From: Macrostomum lignano
Lineage: Eukaryota
Assembly: GCA_002269645.1 (NCBI GenBank)
Contig: NIVC01004909.1
Location: forward strand, 1-31,825
Direction: 5' to 3'
DNA: 31,825 nt
Every line of letters begins with the position of its first letter. The first letter of the stretch is position 1. The notes beneath the pieces are model-generated. The model did not search any database. It had not been told where the DNA came from and worked only from the letters and a program-made list of their open reading frames with translations. Of this stretch, positions 11,444-21,772 are shown piece by piece. The position numbers were made by a program, and so were the translations under genes.

Positions 11444-12170
11444 ATTCTTTTCTTCTAGAATCAAATCAAAATTCCTAAATCCCTAATTAAAATTCGTCTT
11501 CGATTTATGATCTGCTCTAATTATTTTAATTTGATCTCCAACTACTTTTGGTTTGTAATAGCTGGCATATTACACGCAATTTATTTACAATCACTAATGA
11601 AGATGAGTATAGAGGAAATTCCCACCAGTGCTTCACCTGTAATATCAGTACCAATATCGTACCTGTAATATCCTACCGATAATGGGTAGATAAATCCGAA
11701 CTAAAAATCTCGCATACTAGTGCTAATGCTTTGTTTTATGAATCATTATTTTCTGTGGAATTTCATTTCCTACCAAACAGTTTAATCGTAACCAGCTGAT
11801 TGTACCTGGCAATACCATCTCTATTTACTTCACAAAGTTAAATATTGAGCATGCAAATCGAATTAATATTCTTAAATACATTGGTGCGACCAATCCAGAC
11901 CAATTAATTACACCGCAAACAGTTTTGCATCTCTGTGCAATATAATTCATTTTGAGGTCAGGTGTGACCTTCATTCATGAAGTACTTCAAAGTAGTTAAA
12001 AAATATGGGGCGCAAAAATGCTTTGGATGAGCAGCTAGCTCGGTGAGACCAGCCACTCTCAAGGTTTGTTTTAATCAGAAAAGAAAGACGAGCTGCCAAT
12101 GCTCATGAACTCCGGTTCGACGTAAAAATTTCAAATTGCCCTTTTGACATGACTAATGACTAATTGACAT

Positions 12171-12552
12171 GCACGAGCTGCAGGCTGTCCCGGACTCGCA
12201 GTGGCTGTATGTGATCGAGAAGTCCCTAAAGACTGAGAAGCGGAAGGGGAAATTCGCTATCTGGTCAAGTGGGCCGGCTACGACCCGACTGGCTGGGTAG
12301 ACGACAAAGACTTAAGAAAAGTTTAGCTGGTTGATTCAACTGTCATTATTTGTTCAATCGTACTATGAAGAATATTGCCATCAACAGTCAACATGCTGAA
12401 GGCACTCCTAGTGTCTTTTATTTTCACCTGTCTTCACCTATTTACTTAAATCGAAATGTGGACTATGAGGCAGGTCTGGCTGCATGGTTCAATGTTGACA
12501 AGCCTTACTGCATCACTGTCTCAGATGGAAGAGAGCATGAGGCCTTGGTCCT
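12171..12552 (+). mobile_element. Polinton fragment A: integrase chromodomain tail plus 5' end of the minor capsid gene (degenerate)
   Basis: Direct nucleotide similarity to 20361-20760 (gagctgcaggctgtcccggactcgcag...gacttaagaaaagt). Translation SPIYLNRNVDYEAGLAAWFNVDKPYCITVSDGREHEALVL matches the minor capsid N-terminus. Confidence 0.92.
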
Positions 12553-14158
12553 GATCAATAACCTGATCAATTTGGTCTCGATGATGCTGCTCAGGAATAG
12601 CGATGGTTATCTCCAGCAGCGCGCGGAGCAGGGCCTTTGCGGGTTTGGCAACTTTGCAGAACCAGTTCAGTTTTTGCAGGCTCTTTGAGTTGGCGCAGTC
12701 CTGGAGAAGTTCTCGAAAGCCGTCTATCTTCTCAAGTCAATGTGTCGATCTGCATCCCAGGAAAGTGACCGAAGTGGCTGGGCTCTGAGTCTTGGCCCAT
12801 TTGATCTCAAAGCCGAGGCGCTGCAGAGTGGCCAGCAGAAAATTGTGCAGCTGCAGGCAAATCTCGTAGTCCTGAGCAGCTATGCAGAAATCGTCGAGGT
12901 ATGGATGCCGGCGAATTTGGACAGATGCGAGAATTGCCTGTGCATGTAGCGCTTGACAGCTTGCGTTAGGCGGTGGAAAATGTTGACTGATGGAATGGGA
13001 ATCGCGTGTCAACCAGGCAGGTAGGCTGACCGTCCAGCTCGAACGTCCACCGGAGCCCCGTCGCCTGATAGCAGTCTGGGTGCACCTGAACGCTTCGGTA
13101 GGCGTGGCGAAGATCGACCTCTTGCTGAGGAACCAGCCTAGTGCCAGCTGCCATGGTGAGATCCTCGACATTGGCAAACTTCAGCTTCTGGCGGGGCTTG
13201 TACAGATCGTTGAGGCTATTGCCCTGCGGCGCGGACGCGTCGTGAATTAGGCGGATGGCGCCGTCTGCCTTCGGGACGGCGCCCAGTGGGCTGATGATGG
13301 TCGGCCCAAGTCAGTTACGCAGATGTACCGCGGCTAGCCACGACCTCCTCTATGATCTGCAGCTCAACGGCATGCCGATTCGCCTCGCAGCGTGCGGATG
13401 CATGATTTTCGAGCCGGGATTCGCTGGTCGGGGCCGCGTCGGTGATGCGAAAGCCATCGCGAATTCCCGCGATCAGAAACTCCTCATCCGAGTCTTCGAG
13501 TGTTCCTGCTGCCGGCCCTGCATGATCTGCGCGTTGGCAGCCACCCACTGGCCGAAATTGACTCCGGACAGGCTCGGCGTGGCGCCTTTCAGAGTCAGGC
13601 GACCACGTTCCTGTGTCAGCCATCCTCCCGACTGCTGCCTCTTGTCCAGGAAGTCCGGGATGAGCAGCGCTGATCGGGGCCGCTGGGCTCCGGCCGAATC
13701 AAACCTCGGTTGTCGGCTCTGGTCCCCAAAAAGGCTGGCGTAGATGTCCGGCTCTCCTCTGGCCAGCTGGGGCGATGCGGTGCCACTGCGGATCGACTGC
13801 ACTTCATCCCGCAACTGGGCCTCAGCCTTCTGCAGTTTCAGCAGCTCGATCCTCTTCTGAGCCTGCCGAATCTGCGCTTCTGTGGCCTCCTCCGCTGGCG
13901 CAGCCCAGCGCACGTCATCTCGTCCTGGTCGTCGTCACCGTCGTAGTCGCTGGGAGCTCGTGCAGCGAGCAGGCGGCCTATCAGCTCTTCTTTATTTGTA
14001 GGTAAGGCCTTCTTGCGTAAGGCATCTTTGAGGGTCTGTACGGTCATGCTGCTTAGCGTGCAGTCCATAGTAAGTGCAGTAGCAAAAGCGAGGCCAGGCC
14101 GGCGCGGGGGGGGGGGTTAAAACCAGTTAGAGTCAGATACCTGCCTCAAACTGACGTA
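12553..14158 (-). mobile_element. DIRS/Ngaro-like (tyrosine-recombinase class) retrotransposon remnant: SAP-domain gag plus frameshifted RT, internally deleted and truncated
   Basis: gag begins MDCTLSSMTVQTLKDALRKKALPTNKEELIGRLL (SAP-like) and contains ALLIPDF and GQWVAANAQIM. RT motifs: EFLIAGIRDGF, ISPLGAVPKADGAIRLIHDAS, DLRHAYRSVQVHP, DTRFPF, YLDDF, VTFLG and KLNWFCKV. No recombinase ORF is present, so the family assignment rests on gag/RT motifs. Confidence 0.82.
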
Positions 14159-14600
14159 TTCAATCGTAAAATGAAGAATATTGTCATCAGTCAACATCAG
14201 TCAAAGTACTCCTAGTGACTTTCATTTCTTCTTCCTTCACCTATTTACTTGGATTGAAATGAGGACTATGAGGCAGGTCCGACTGAAATACATCTGCCTG
14301 CTGTGTGGTTCAATGTTGACGAGCCTTAGTACCATACATGCGCAGCCTAGGGATTCACCCGGCCGTTTCTATTGGCAACACACACATGTAAGTCGCCATT
14401 GGCTGAGAGCAGTCACGTGACTACTATTCCGTCCAATAGCGGAATAGCGGCCAATAGAAACGGCCGGGTGAATCCCTAAGTTGCGCCCAAGCATGAGCCT
14501 TACTGCATCACTGTCTCAGATGGAAGAGAGCATTAGGCCTTGGACGTTTTGCTAGAGTGGAGGAGCTGGTGGAGTGCCTTAATGAGCTACTAGACAACTG
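14159..14600 (+). mobile_element. Polinton fragment B: second degenerate copy of the minor capsid 5' end
   Basis: ttcaatcgta..atgaagaatattg..gtactcctagtgactttcattt..gactatgaggcaggt..gttgacgagcctta..tgctagagtggaggagctggtggag matches 12352-12552 and 20554-20820. Confidence 0.9.
14329..14494. mobile_element. 166-bp MITE-like palindromic insertion inside Polinton fragment B
   Basis: Absent from the homologous copies; flanked by an 8-bp direct repeat GAGCCTTA (14321-14328 and 14495-14502). Inverted arms of about 37 bp at 14340-14376 and 14450-14486. Confidence 0.8.
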
Positions 14601-14700
14601 GACAGGTCCTGCAGCAGTATGGGATTCTGCATGCTCCATGAGGTCCTGCAGCAGTATGGGATTCGACATGCAAACATGGGATTCTGCACTATGGGTTTCT
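14601..14700 (-). repeat. Short inverted copy (about 2 units) of the 37-bp satellite
   Basis: caggtcctgcagcagtatgggattctgcatgctccatgaggt is the reverse complement of the 2226-4130 unit. Confidence 0.92.
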
Positions 14701-15436
14701 GCATCATAAGATTCTGAACAATTAAATTGTTCCAATTGTTTTAGTTAAAAACAATTAATTAATAATTATTAGGTTTTATAATTACTATTTATATCATTAT
14801 TTTTTATAATAAAACAAACAATAAATAATTACTAGGAATTACTGATTTATAGAACAACCAAAAGGGTTAAAGAATGACAGCGGTTAATACACCATTTTAC
14901 CTCCTATTTTGAGCAAAGTCATGTTCAAAAGAAACAAGCAGAACTTCAATTCAGACACTTTAATAAAAATCAGCGCTTGCGGAAATTCATTCAGAAAATT
15001 GCGGAAAATCCCTTTCTATTGGAACAGAAGAAAATCAATTCAGACTGTCTGTGGTCAAAATCGTCCCAGGTTGACGCGCACGCGCTAACTTAAAATTCAA
15101 AAGAAACAAAGTCACATTCTATGGCATTCTATGAATATTGCTCTCTGCTTTGATATTTGCTGTTTTCTAGGCCTGACCGCCCTCAGGCCCATAGACTGTT
15201 TGCCGCTTGCTACCGCTCGAGCCGCCATGTTTTTGAGTTTGGTCTAAAAAAACTTTTATACAACAATCAAATTAATGCAGGAAGCTTAAAGTCGGCAGCT
15301 CAGCAGAGCTCAGCAGAGATCGAGAGGAGCGGCTTCGCTTCGAGCTGAGTTGCCTGCCAGCCCCAGTTCATCTCTTGCAGAGCCATCGCTCAGCATAGAA
15401 ATTCTGTCAACTTTTATCTGCACAGAATCCTTAAAC

Positions 15437-17501
15437 ATGACTCTAAAAAACGTCAGCACAATCTTCATGACTTTTCTGGCTGCTTTTTGCATCCAGCTCG
15501 ATGCGTCAAGCAAACTGCATCTCGCTGATGACGGCTACTATAACGACTTGCCAGTCTTTGTGCAAATATCCGCAGACGGCGACGTGCATGACAAGCAGCT
15601 GGATTCGAGGCAAGTTCCCTTTGACCTACGGTATTCGGTGGAATTAGACGTCAGCGCTCGCAGCAATCTCGTCTTCTCGCTGTTTCTGCCAAGCGATCCC
15701 GCCAAGGTTGGCTCTCTGCGCCTCATGCTTCGGTCGCCGAGCGGTAGGACTTTCAATTGCTCTGGTGGTAGCAGCGCCATTTGCACAGTCGATGCTGCAG
15801 TCGGATCCGTGACGGTGCAAATTCCTGACGCTGAGGTAGAGGTCAGTTGAGTCAATTTACTTGCACTATGAGCCACTGCTCTAGCTTGCTGGAGGGGTTA
15901 CTTTACGACGGCAAAAGTAGAACGCAGAAGAAAGGGAAATATTAACAGTTACTGTAACAGTGTGTTGCACTCAAACTGACTTTTAACATTCACTACAATT
16001 TAAATATGCTTTTTCAGGAGCAGATAAGCCAAAAATAGAAATAATTATTAGGGCAGATAATTACTAAGACTAAGACTATTAAACTTTTAGGCTTAAACCA
16101 ATAGAAATCGCCTTGCCTCAAACCCGCCACTCCAACAGAGCGGAAAGTGGACGCTGGCGAATCTCGCAGTCGGTCTCTCTCGCCGGATTCGCAGACAGGC
16201 GGCCTCAAACATGCGTGTAGTTATCACGGCACGACCTCATTGGCTTCCTAAAGATTCTATCTTTGAAGTGTCACCAAAAAAAGTAAAAATGGTCAAGTAT
16301 GATACTTCAATCAGTGTCGACGTGTATCTGTTACCAACATCCCAAATTCAACACAAGTATCGCATGTACGCAGTGGTCGAAGCAGGCAACACGGAAGTGG
16401 CTCGATTTTGTATTTTCGAACAACGTCGCAGTGAGTAAAGACTAAACTTTCAGTAGCTGGATTAAATCTGTTACTCTCAGACAACGATTTAAGACTCATT
16501 TTACTCGCATTTTCTTCGTACAGATGACGGAGTATTCACCGCCCAGATACCACTTAATGCAGTACAGAAAGCTGGTCAATACGATGTCACTGTGAAAATC
16601 ACGTACCCGCTCCAAGTGGAATTGTCTGCCGGCACTTTGACAGTTCAGGCGGAGGACCCCAACTTTGACAGACGTCGTATTGTGCCTGAAAAAGTTACGT
16701 GGATCTATAAAAGTAACTTGAATAACGCGAGCAAAATATTTGAGATCAAATGGTATCCCGTTGAAGATCCGTCTGGTCTACTCCCGCCTAAAGCAGGTAG
16801 GTGTAGCGCTTGCAGCAGCTCTGCTGACTGTTGAAATACAAGCTGAAATATGAATTGTACCGATAAGTATATTTTTCACGCCATTAAGTTACAAAAGCAC
16901 ACTCTTTGGCATTCTGTTTAAAGAGTAAACAGTATCCCAAATATCCATTGCGCAGCCGCCATGCAAATTTCACTTATTTTGACGCTTATGAGCATCTAAA
17001 TTACCGCCAACAGAAGTGCCTGTCTACAGCATTCGCTACGAAAAATCAGGGGACAGCTGCACCACTTCAAAGGGCCGTAACTATGGCTCCTGTCCAGAAC
17101 TGGCCGTCACCAACCAATCTTCGGTGAACATCTACAGCCAGTATATGGCTCTGAATGAGCCTCAAATGTGGATAGCAGTGATTGCCATTTCCGCTGCGAA
17201 CGTGTCCAGTGAGTCTAGTCTTCACTTTATTTATGCCAAGACGATGACATCGCTTAAAGAGCCATTTGCTGTAGACAGAACGCAATGGTGCGAACTCGAC
17301 TCGACTGTGGCGCAAAGTTTAACGAATGACCCGAACAAGGCCAAGTCAACAGCCAACTCCACGGCAAAGTCGTCGCCACGAAACTCGACGCAGGTGAAAT
17401 CGTCGGCTCAACTAAATGTGGATCTGGCGTGGCTCAGTGCTGGAACCGTCTGCTCTCTGGCTGTCTTCACGGTATCTGCACAGCAGTGGCTGATCCAGTG
17501 A
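15437..17501 (+). CDS. Four-exon secreted/membrane-anchored protein of about 483 aa, resembling the C-terminal half of CLCA proteins
   Basis: Exons 15437-15835, 16139-16430, 16524-16796 and 17014-17501 have GT..AG junctions and join in frame (phases 0, 1, 1). The protein has a signal peptide and CLCA-like motifs (LRSPSG..., QIPDAE-SGKWT, NDGVFT...GQYDVTV, YSIRY, IAVIAISAANVSSES), a Ser/Thr stalk and a hydrophobic C-terminus. The gene model is firm; the CLCA assignment comes from motif memory. Confidence 0.7.
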
Positions 17502-18164
17502 GCTCGCAGTTCAGTCAGCAGCGATATGTTTCTCTACTTGGATTTTCAGAGTCAGATAAGAAGTACGCTCGTAGCTATGCTGTATCCCGAACCTGTTTAG
17601 CCTCTGAATACCCTGTGATTTACGATTATCTGCACTGCAATCAAACCAAATTGGTATTCTCAAACCTGACCCACCATTCATTCAATGCATTCAATCCGCT
17701 GATAATTAATCTTAATTTCTAAGCCAGCCCAGTCAGTGTACTTAATTGCTTTGATATCGCAAATCAAATTGCTGTCAAATTGTTTTATTCTCCGATCCTA
17801 AAACTCATAAATTATTAGCGCGGACGCCATCATTATCTGTTTTGCACTGGCTTCAGTGTACGAGCCAAACTGGCAGGTATTGGCATGACTAAATGACTAA
17901 ATATTTCGGTATGAATTTGTGCATGATGGGCAAGCGCTCAGATTGATAAAATTACAAATACACTGTGCAGAAATACTGGAAATCAGCTGATCAATTTGTT
18001 CCAAGCGCACTACAACAATTGGCCTTTAGTTAAAATAATGCCTTCTGTGACCTGAAAGTAAAGTACTTTCAGAGGAAAATCGGTGAGTTACACAGTATTG
18101 ACTTCCTTAATTATGCTATTGCAAGCCTTGATTTAATGATCTTTACATTATGAATAGCAAATAT

Positions 18165-18236
18165 AGCAATGAGATTCTCCCGAAATCCACCAACCACTAT
18201 GGCAATGAGATTCTCCCCAAATCCACCAACCACTAT
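18165..18236 (+). repeat. 36-bp tandem duplication abutting the putative Polinton left end
   Basis: agcaatgagattctcccgaaatccaccaaccactat followed by ggcaatgagattctccccaaatccaccaaccactat (2 mismatches). Confidence 0.9.
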
Positions 18237-18437
18237 AGTAGTAGTAGGGGAAATGTGGACTCTGCCGCAGGAATTTCCGTGGGAAAACCACGGGCCTATG
18301 TGTGTAAACATAGCACCTATGTAAATGCATTGGTGGACTCTGCCGCAGGGAAAGCCATGGAAATTCCATGGGGCCTTAGTGAGAGAACATAGGCCAATGT
18401 TTTTCTATTGCTGTATGTCTGCTGCAGTGGTTTAGTC

Positions 18438-18445
18438 TATATAAG
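18438..18445 (+). promoter_or_regulatory. Canonical TATA-like box upstream of the PC4-like gene
   Basis: TATATAAG 85 bp upstream of the ATG at 18523. Confidence 0.4.
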
Positions 18446-18522
18446 GACCAAAAAAATCTCTTTGATTCATGAAAAATCGAATTTTTTTTCAACGAGATTT
18501 TTTTTCTGTTAGAGTTTAAGTC

Positions 18523-19287
18523 ATGGACATCGGCGAAGGATATAAACTCCAAATACAGGAGTATGAAGGAGTTATGTTCATTGCTATCAGAAAATTTTAC
18601 CGACATGGCAGCACTGCGAGTTTGAAACCTGGAGTCCCCGGCTTCAATTTGAACATCCGTCAGTGGGAGAAGCTCAAGGAGTTGAAGCGATCGCTTGTCA
18701 AGGCGGCCTTGGACAAACAGCCAAAGGTTGTCAAACTCGGCTTCGATAAGTTCATCGAAGTGAAAAACGGCATTATCTGGTTAAAGCGATTGCCGGAGGA
18801 CTGCTGCGACGAGTTTCTTAAGCGGAACACCGTGCCGCTGACACCGCCGCTGTGGCGAAAGCTGTGGCAGTACGCGGATTGGATCGACGAGCAGCTATCG
18901 GCTCCACGTGAGATTTCCGATGCATACGAGCTGGAGTCGGGATCTTCCTCCGACAGCATCGAAAATGAAGACGATGCTGGCGAAAACGCGGAAGAGACCA
19001 AGCCGGTAGTGAAGGCGGAGGACGATGCTGCTGCTGCTGCTGGCGAGGCTGGCATGCCATCCAATCTGCAAATCGACACAGCGTTTGCCACTTCAACGCC
19101 TCTGCAACTGACCAAGCCTGCAGCTGGAGCGATTCCTCGGCAGGACACTGATCTGCAAGAGGACCCAGTCTGGTACCAGTTCCGAGCTCAAGCAGCCGCC
19201 GCTGAGAACGCCAGGAAACGCAAGCAGCCGCCATTCGCTCTGCGCAGATTGGATGCCATGAAGCTGCCCAGGCCGTGCTTCGACTGA
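18523..19287 (+). CDS. PC4/Sub1-like ssDNA-binding transcriptional coactivator; two tandem PC4-type domains plus an acidic/Ala-rich tail
   Basis: DIGEGYKLQIQEYEGVMFIAIRKFY...LKPGVPGFNLNIRQWEKL matches the PC4 consensus (IR.FY...KPG..G.L...QW). A second degenerate repeat ends VPLTPPLWRKL. The ORF is intact. Confidence 0.85.
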   Translation: MDIGEGYKLQIQEYEGVMFIAIRKFYRHGSTASLKPGVPGFNLNIRQWEKLKELKRSLVKAALDKQPKVVKLGFDKFIEVKNGIIWLKRLPEDCCDEFLKRNTVPLTPPLWRKLWQYADWIDEQLSAPREISDAYELESGSSSDSIENEDDAGENAEETKPVVKAEDDAAAAAGEAGMPSNLQIDTAFATSTPLQLTKPAAGAIPRQDTDLQEDPVWYQFRAQAAAAENARKRKQPPFALRRLDAMKLPRPCFD

Positions 19288-19455
19288 TTGCAGACCCTCT
19301 GACATTGAGACAAACTCTGTGCTACGAGCTATTTATCCAGACCTGCTTTCCATCTCTTTGTTTGAAAAAAATATATATGCTTGCTTTCACATGCGCTATG
19401 CATTTTCAATGTCTTAAGAAAACCTAAAAATAAAAATGTTTCTTTGTTTCCGAAA

Positions 19456-20523
19456 ATGGAAAAAATTTATTTCAATCCAAACCAGCCAGCGAGCTATTGC
19501 AGTTCTTCAAAACTGCAACCTGAACTGCGAAAAAGAGGCGAGCATATTGGAGTCAAGAGCATTGAGCAGTGGCTAAGTCAGCAGCCAGTACACACTCTGC
19601 ATAAGCCAGCTAGAGTACGATTTCCAAGGGCGCCAATAATAGTAAGAGCCATTGATGATCAGTGGGAGATGGATCTGGTGGAAATGATTCCATTTGCAAA
19701 GTATAATCGCGGGCATAAATACATTCTCACCTGCATTGATGTTTTGTCTAAATTTGCAATGGCCAGAGCACTGAAGTCTAAGAGCGCGGCAGAAGTGAAA
19801 TCTGCGTTTGAGAGCATGCTGAAGAGCTCAAAGCGGCAGCCGCGCACTGTCCGCACAGATCAGGGAAAGGAGTTTGTCAACGCAATTTTTCGCCAGTTCT
19901 GCATAGACCGGGGGATTCTGGCGTTTCCAACTAGCAGTGAGCACAAAGCAGCCATAATTGAAAGATGGAATCGAACTTTAAAAAGCAAGATGTGGCGTTA
20001 CTTTACTCACAACAGCACTCTACAATGGCTTGATGTGCTGCCTAAACTGGTCAAGTCCTATAACAATACTTTCCACAGAAGCATCAAGACTACACCAATG
20101 AATGTCAGCAAAGCAAACGAGACTGAAGTGTGGATGAACCTTTATGATGGGAAAGCGATTGAGACAGTTGAGAAACTGAGAAAACCGAAGTTCTGTGAAA
20201 ACCAATCAGTGCGGATTTCCAATGCACCCAGACTCTTCAGGAAGGGATACAAGGCGAACTGGAGCGAAGAGGTGTACACCATAGTGTCTAGGGCACCAAA
20301 GCATTATCCCTACATGTACAGGATTCGAGACATGAAGGGGGAAGACATAAGAGGCCTCTTCCACGAGCATGAGCTGCAAGCTGTTCCGGACTCGCAGCGG
20401 CTGTATGTAATCGAGAAGGTTCTGAAGACTGAGAAGCGGAAGGGTAAGATCCGATATCTCGTCAAGTGGGCCGGCTACAAGTCCACTGACTGGGTGGATG
20501 AGAAGGACTTAAGAAAAGTGTAA
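19456..20523 (+). CDS. Polinton retroviral-type (rve) DDE integrase with C-terminal chromodomain
   Basis: Catalytic motifs WEMDLV, RTDQGKEF and IERWNRTLK; chromodomain YVIEKVL...YLVKWAGY...WVDEKDL. Intact; probable start is the ATG at 19456. Confidence 0.95.
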   Translation: MEKIYFNPNQPASYCSSSKLQPELRKRGEHIGVKSIEQWLSQQPVHTLHKPARVRFPRAPIIVRAIDDQWEMDLVEMIPFAKYNRGHKYILTCIDVLSKFAMARALKSKSAAEVKSAFESMLKSSKRQPRTVRTDQGKEFVNAIFRQFCIDRGILAFPTSSEHKAAIIERWNRTLKSKMWRYFTHNSTLQWLDVLPKLVKSYNNTFHRSIKTTPMNVSKANETEVWMNLYDGKAIETVEKLRKPKFCENQSVRISNAPRLFRKGYKANWSEEVYTIVSRAPKHYPYMYRIRDMKGEDIRGLFHEHELQAVPDSQRLYVIEKVLKTEKRKGKIRYLVKWAGYKSTDWVDEKDLRKV

Positions 20524-20553
20524 GATACCGACATTGTGCAGCCATTCCCAACT

Positions 20554-21363
20554 ATGAGAAGCATCATCATTTGTAGCGAAAATGCTGAAGGTACTCCTAG
20601 TGACTTTCATTTTCACCTGCCTTCATCTATTTACTTGGATCGAAATGTGGACTATGAGGCAGGTCTGGCTGAAATCCATCTGCCTGCTGCATGGTTCAAT
20701 GTTGACGAGCCTTACTGCTTCACTGTCTCAGATGGAAGAGAGCATGAGGCCCTGGTTCTTCAACCCGGACGCTTTGCTAGAGTGGAGGAACTGGTGGAAC
20801 GCCTGAATGAGCTGCTGGCCAACTCTGAGTCACTGTTCTTCGATGCAATGAGCGAAAGGGAGTCTGAAATGGAAGCTGATGAGTCCGGTTTAATGGGGCG
20901 GAGCAGCGCTAGAGATATTGGCATAAAGTTTGAAATCCAAGAGTTGAGAACAGTAGTGCTCAACAACACGGCTCGAGCAGAATTGTTCCTTCCATCAAGT
21001 AAAATTCTGCAGTGGCTGGGATTCGGAAACCAGCCTGTGAAGATCCCACCCGGACGGCAAGTGTCACTCTGCTGCATCGGTTGTCCGTCCACCAACCTGA
21101 TCAACTTGCACTGCAGCATTGTGGAGCGAACAAACTGGAACTGGAACTCCGTGCTGCGAACTGTGAGCATGTCATCCGATGTCGAATGGGGCAGCTACAT
21201 GAGCAAAGTGTTTAAGAAAGCAATTTTCTTCCCGATTCAGAAAGCTAATTTTCTACATGGCATTAGATTTCAACTGCGTGACATCTTTGGCTACTCACTG
21301 ACTGCTCGGAGCAGCAGCCCTGTTCTGCTCACAGTTCATATTCGGGAAAGGCTAATACAATGA
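20554..21363 (+). CDS. Polinton minor capsid (penton-like) protein
   Basis: N-terminal signature SENAEGTPSDFHFHLPSSIYLDRNVDYEAGLAEIHLPAAWFN; C-terminal CSIVE...VLRTV...FFPI...GIRFQLRDIFG...LTVHIR. Intact. Confidence 0.8.
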   Translation: MRSIIICSENAEGTPSDFHFHLPSSIYLDRNVDYEAGLAEIHLPAAWFNVDEPYCFTVSDGREHEALVLQPGRFARVEELVERLNELLANSESLFFDAMSERESEMEADESGLMGRSSARDIGIKFEIQELRTVVLNNTARAELFLPSSKILQWLGFGNQPVKIPPGRQVSLCCIGCPSTNLINLHCSIVERTNWNWNSVLRTVSMSSDVEWGSYMSKVFKKAIFFPIQKANFLHGIRFQLRDIFGYSLTARSSSPVLLTVHIRERLIQ

Positions 21364-21770
21364 ACTACCAACAGCTGATTCGTCAGTATTCAGGGACTCT
21401 GGCAGGAAGCCAAAAGCCGGCGCTCTATGGCTGTGGGAGTTTTCCAGGAATCATGACTTACCAGCCTCCTCCAGAAGCTTCCACAAAGTCAATATCGCTA
21501 TCAAAGCCAGCCCATACCACCGCCAGCGGTAGCAGCAGCAACAGCAGAAGCAATAGAAACAGACCAAAGCAGCGACTAGTCAAACAGGGCAGTAAGAAGC
21601 AGACAAAAAAGAAGAAAAAGAGTAAGACGGAGAAATCACCGAAAAGAAGCCAGTCAGGGCGAAATAAACCTAAGAAAGGGAGGTCTAAAACTCAAAGCAA
21701 GAAAACAGGCAAAGGAAAGCAAAAAGTGAGCAAAAAGACTGTGAAACGTGTTCTGGACTCGCTCTCATAG
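21360..21770 (+). CDS. Lys/Arg/Ser-rich basic protein, putative DNA-condensing core protein
   Basis: Highly basic C-terminal two-thirds; lies between the minor and major capsid genes; LYGC-G fits the adenain (M/L/I)xGx-G cleavage consensus. Confidence 0.65.
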   Translation: MNYQQLIRQYSGTLAGSQKPALYGCGSFPGIMTYQPPPEASTKSISLSKPAHTTASGSSSNSRSNRNRPKQRLVKQGSKKQTKKKKKSKTEKSPKRSQSGRNKPKKGRSKTQSKKTGKGKQKVSKKTVKRVLDSLS

Positions 21771-21772
21771 CA

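Noticed and set aside
7164-17501. MACPF or CLCA-like genes as Polinton cargo
   Set aside because: Both lie left of the inferred terminus at 18237, and the CLCA-like gene has spliceosomal introns. The Polinton fragments at 12171-14600 are separate remnants.
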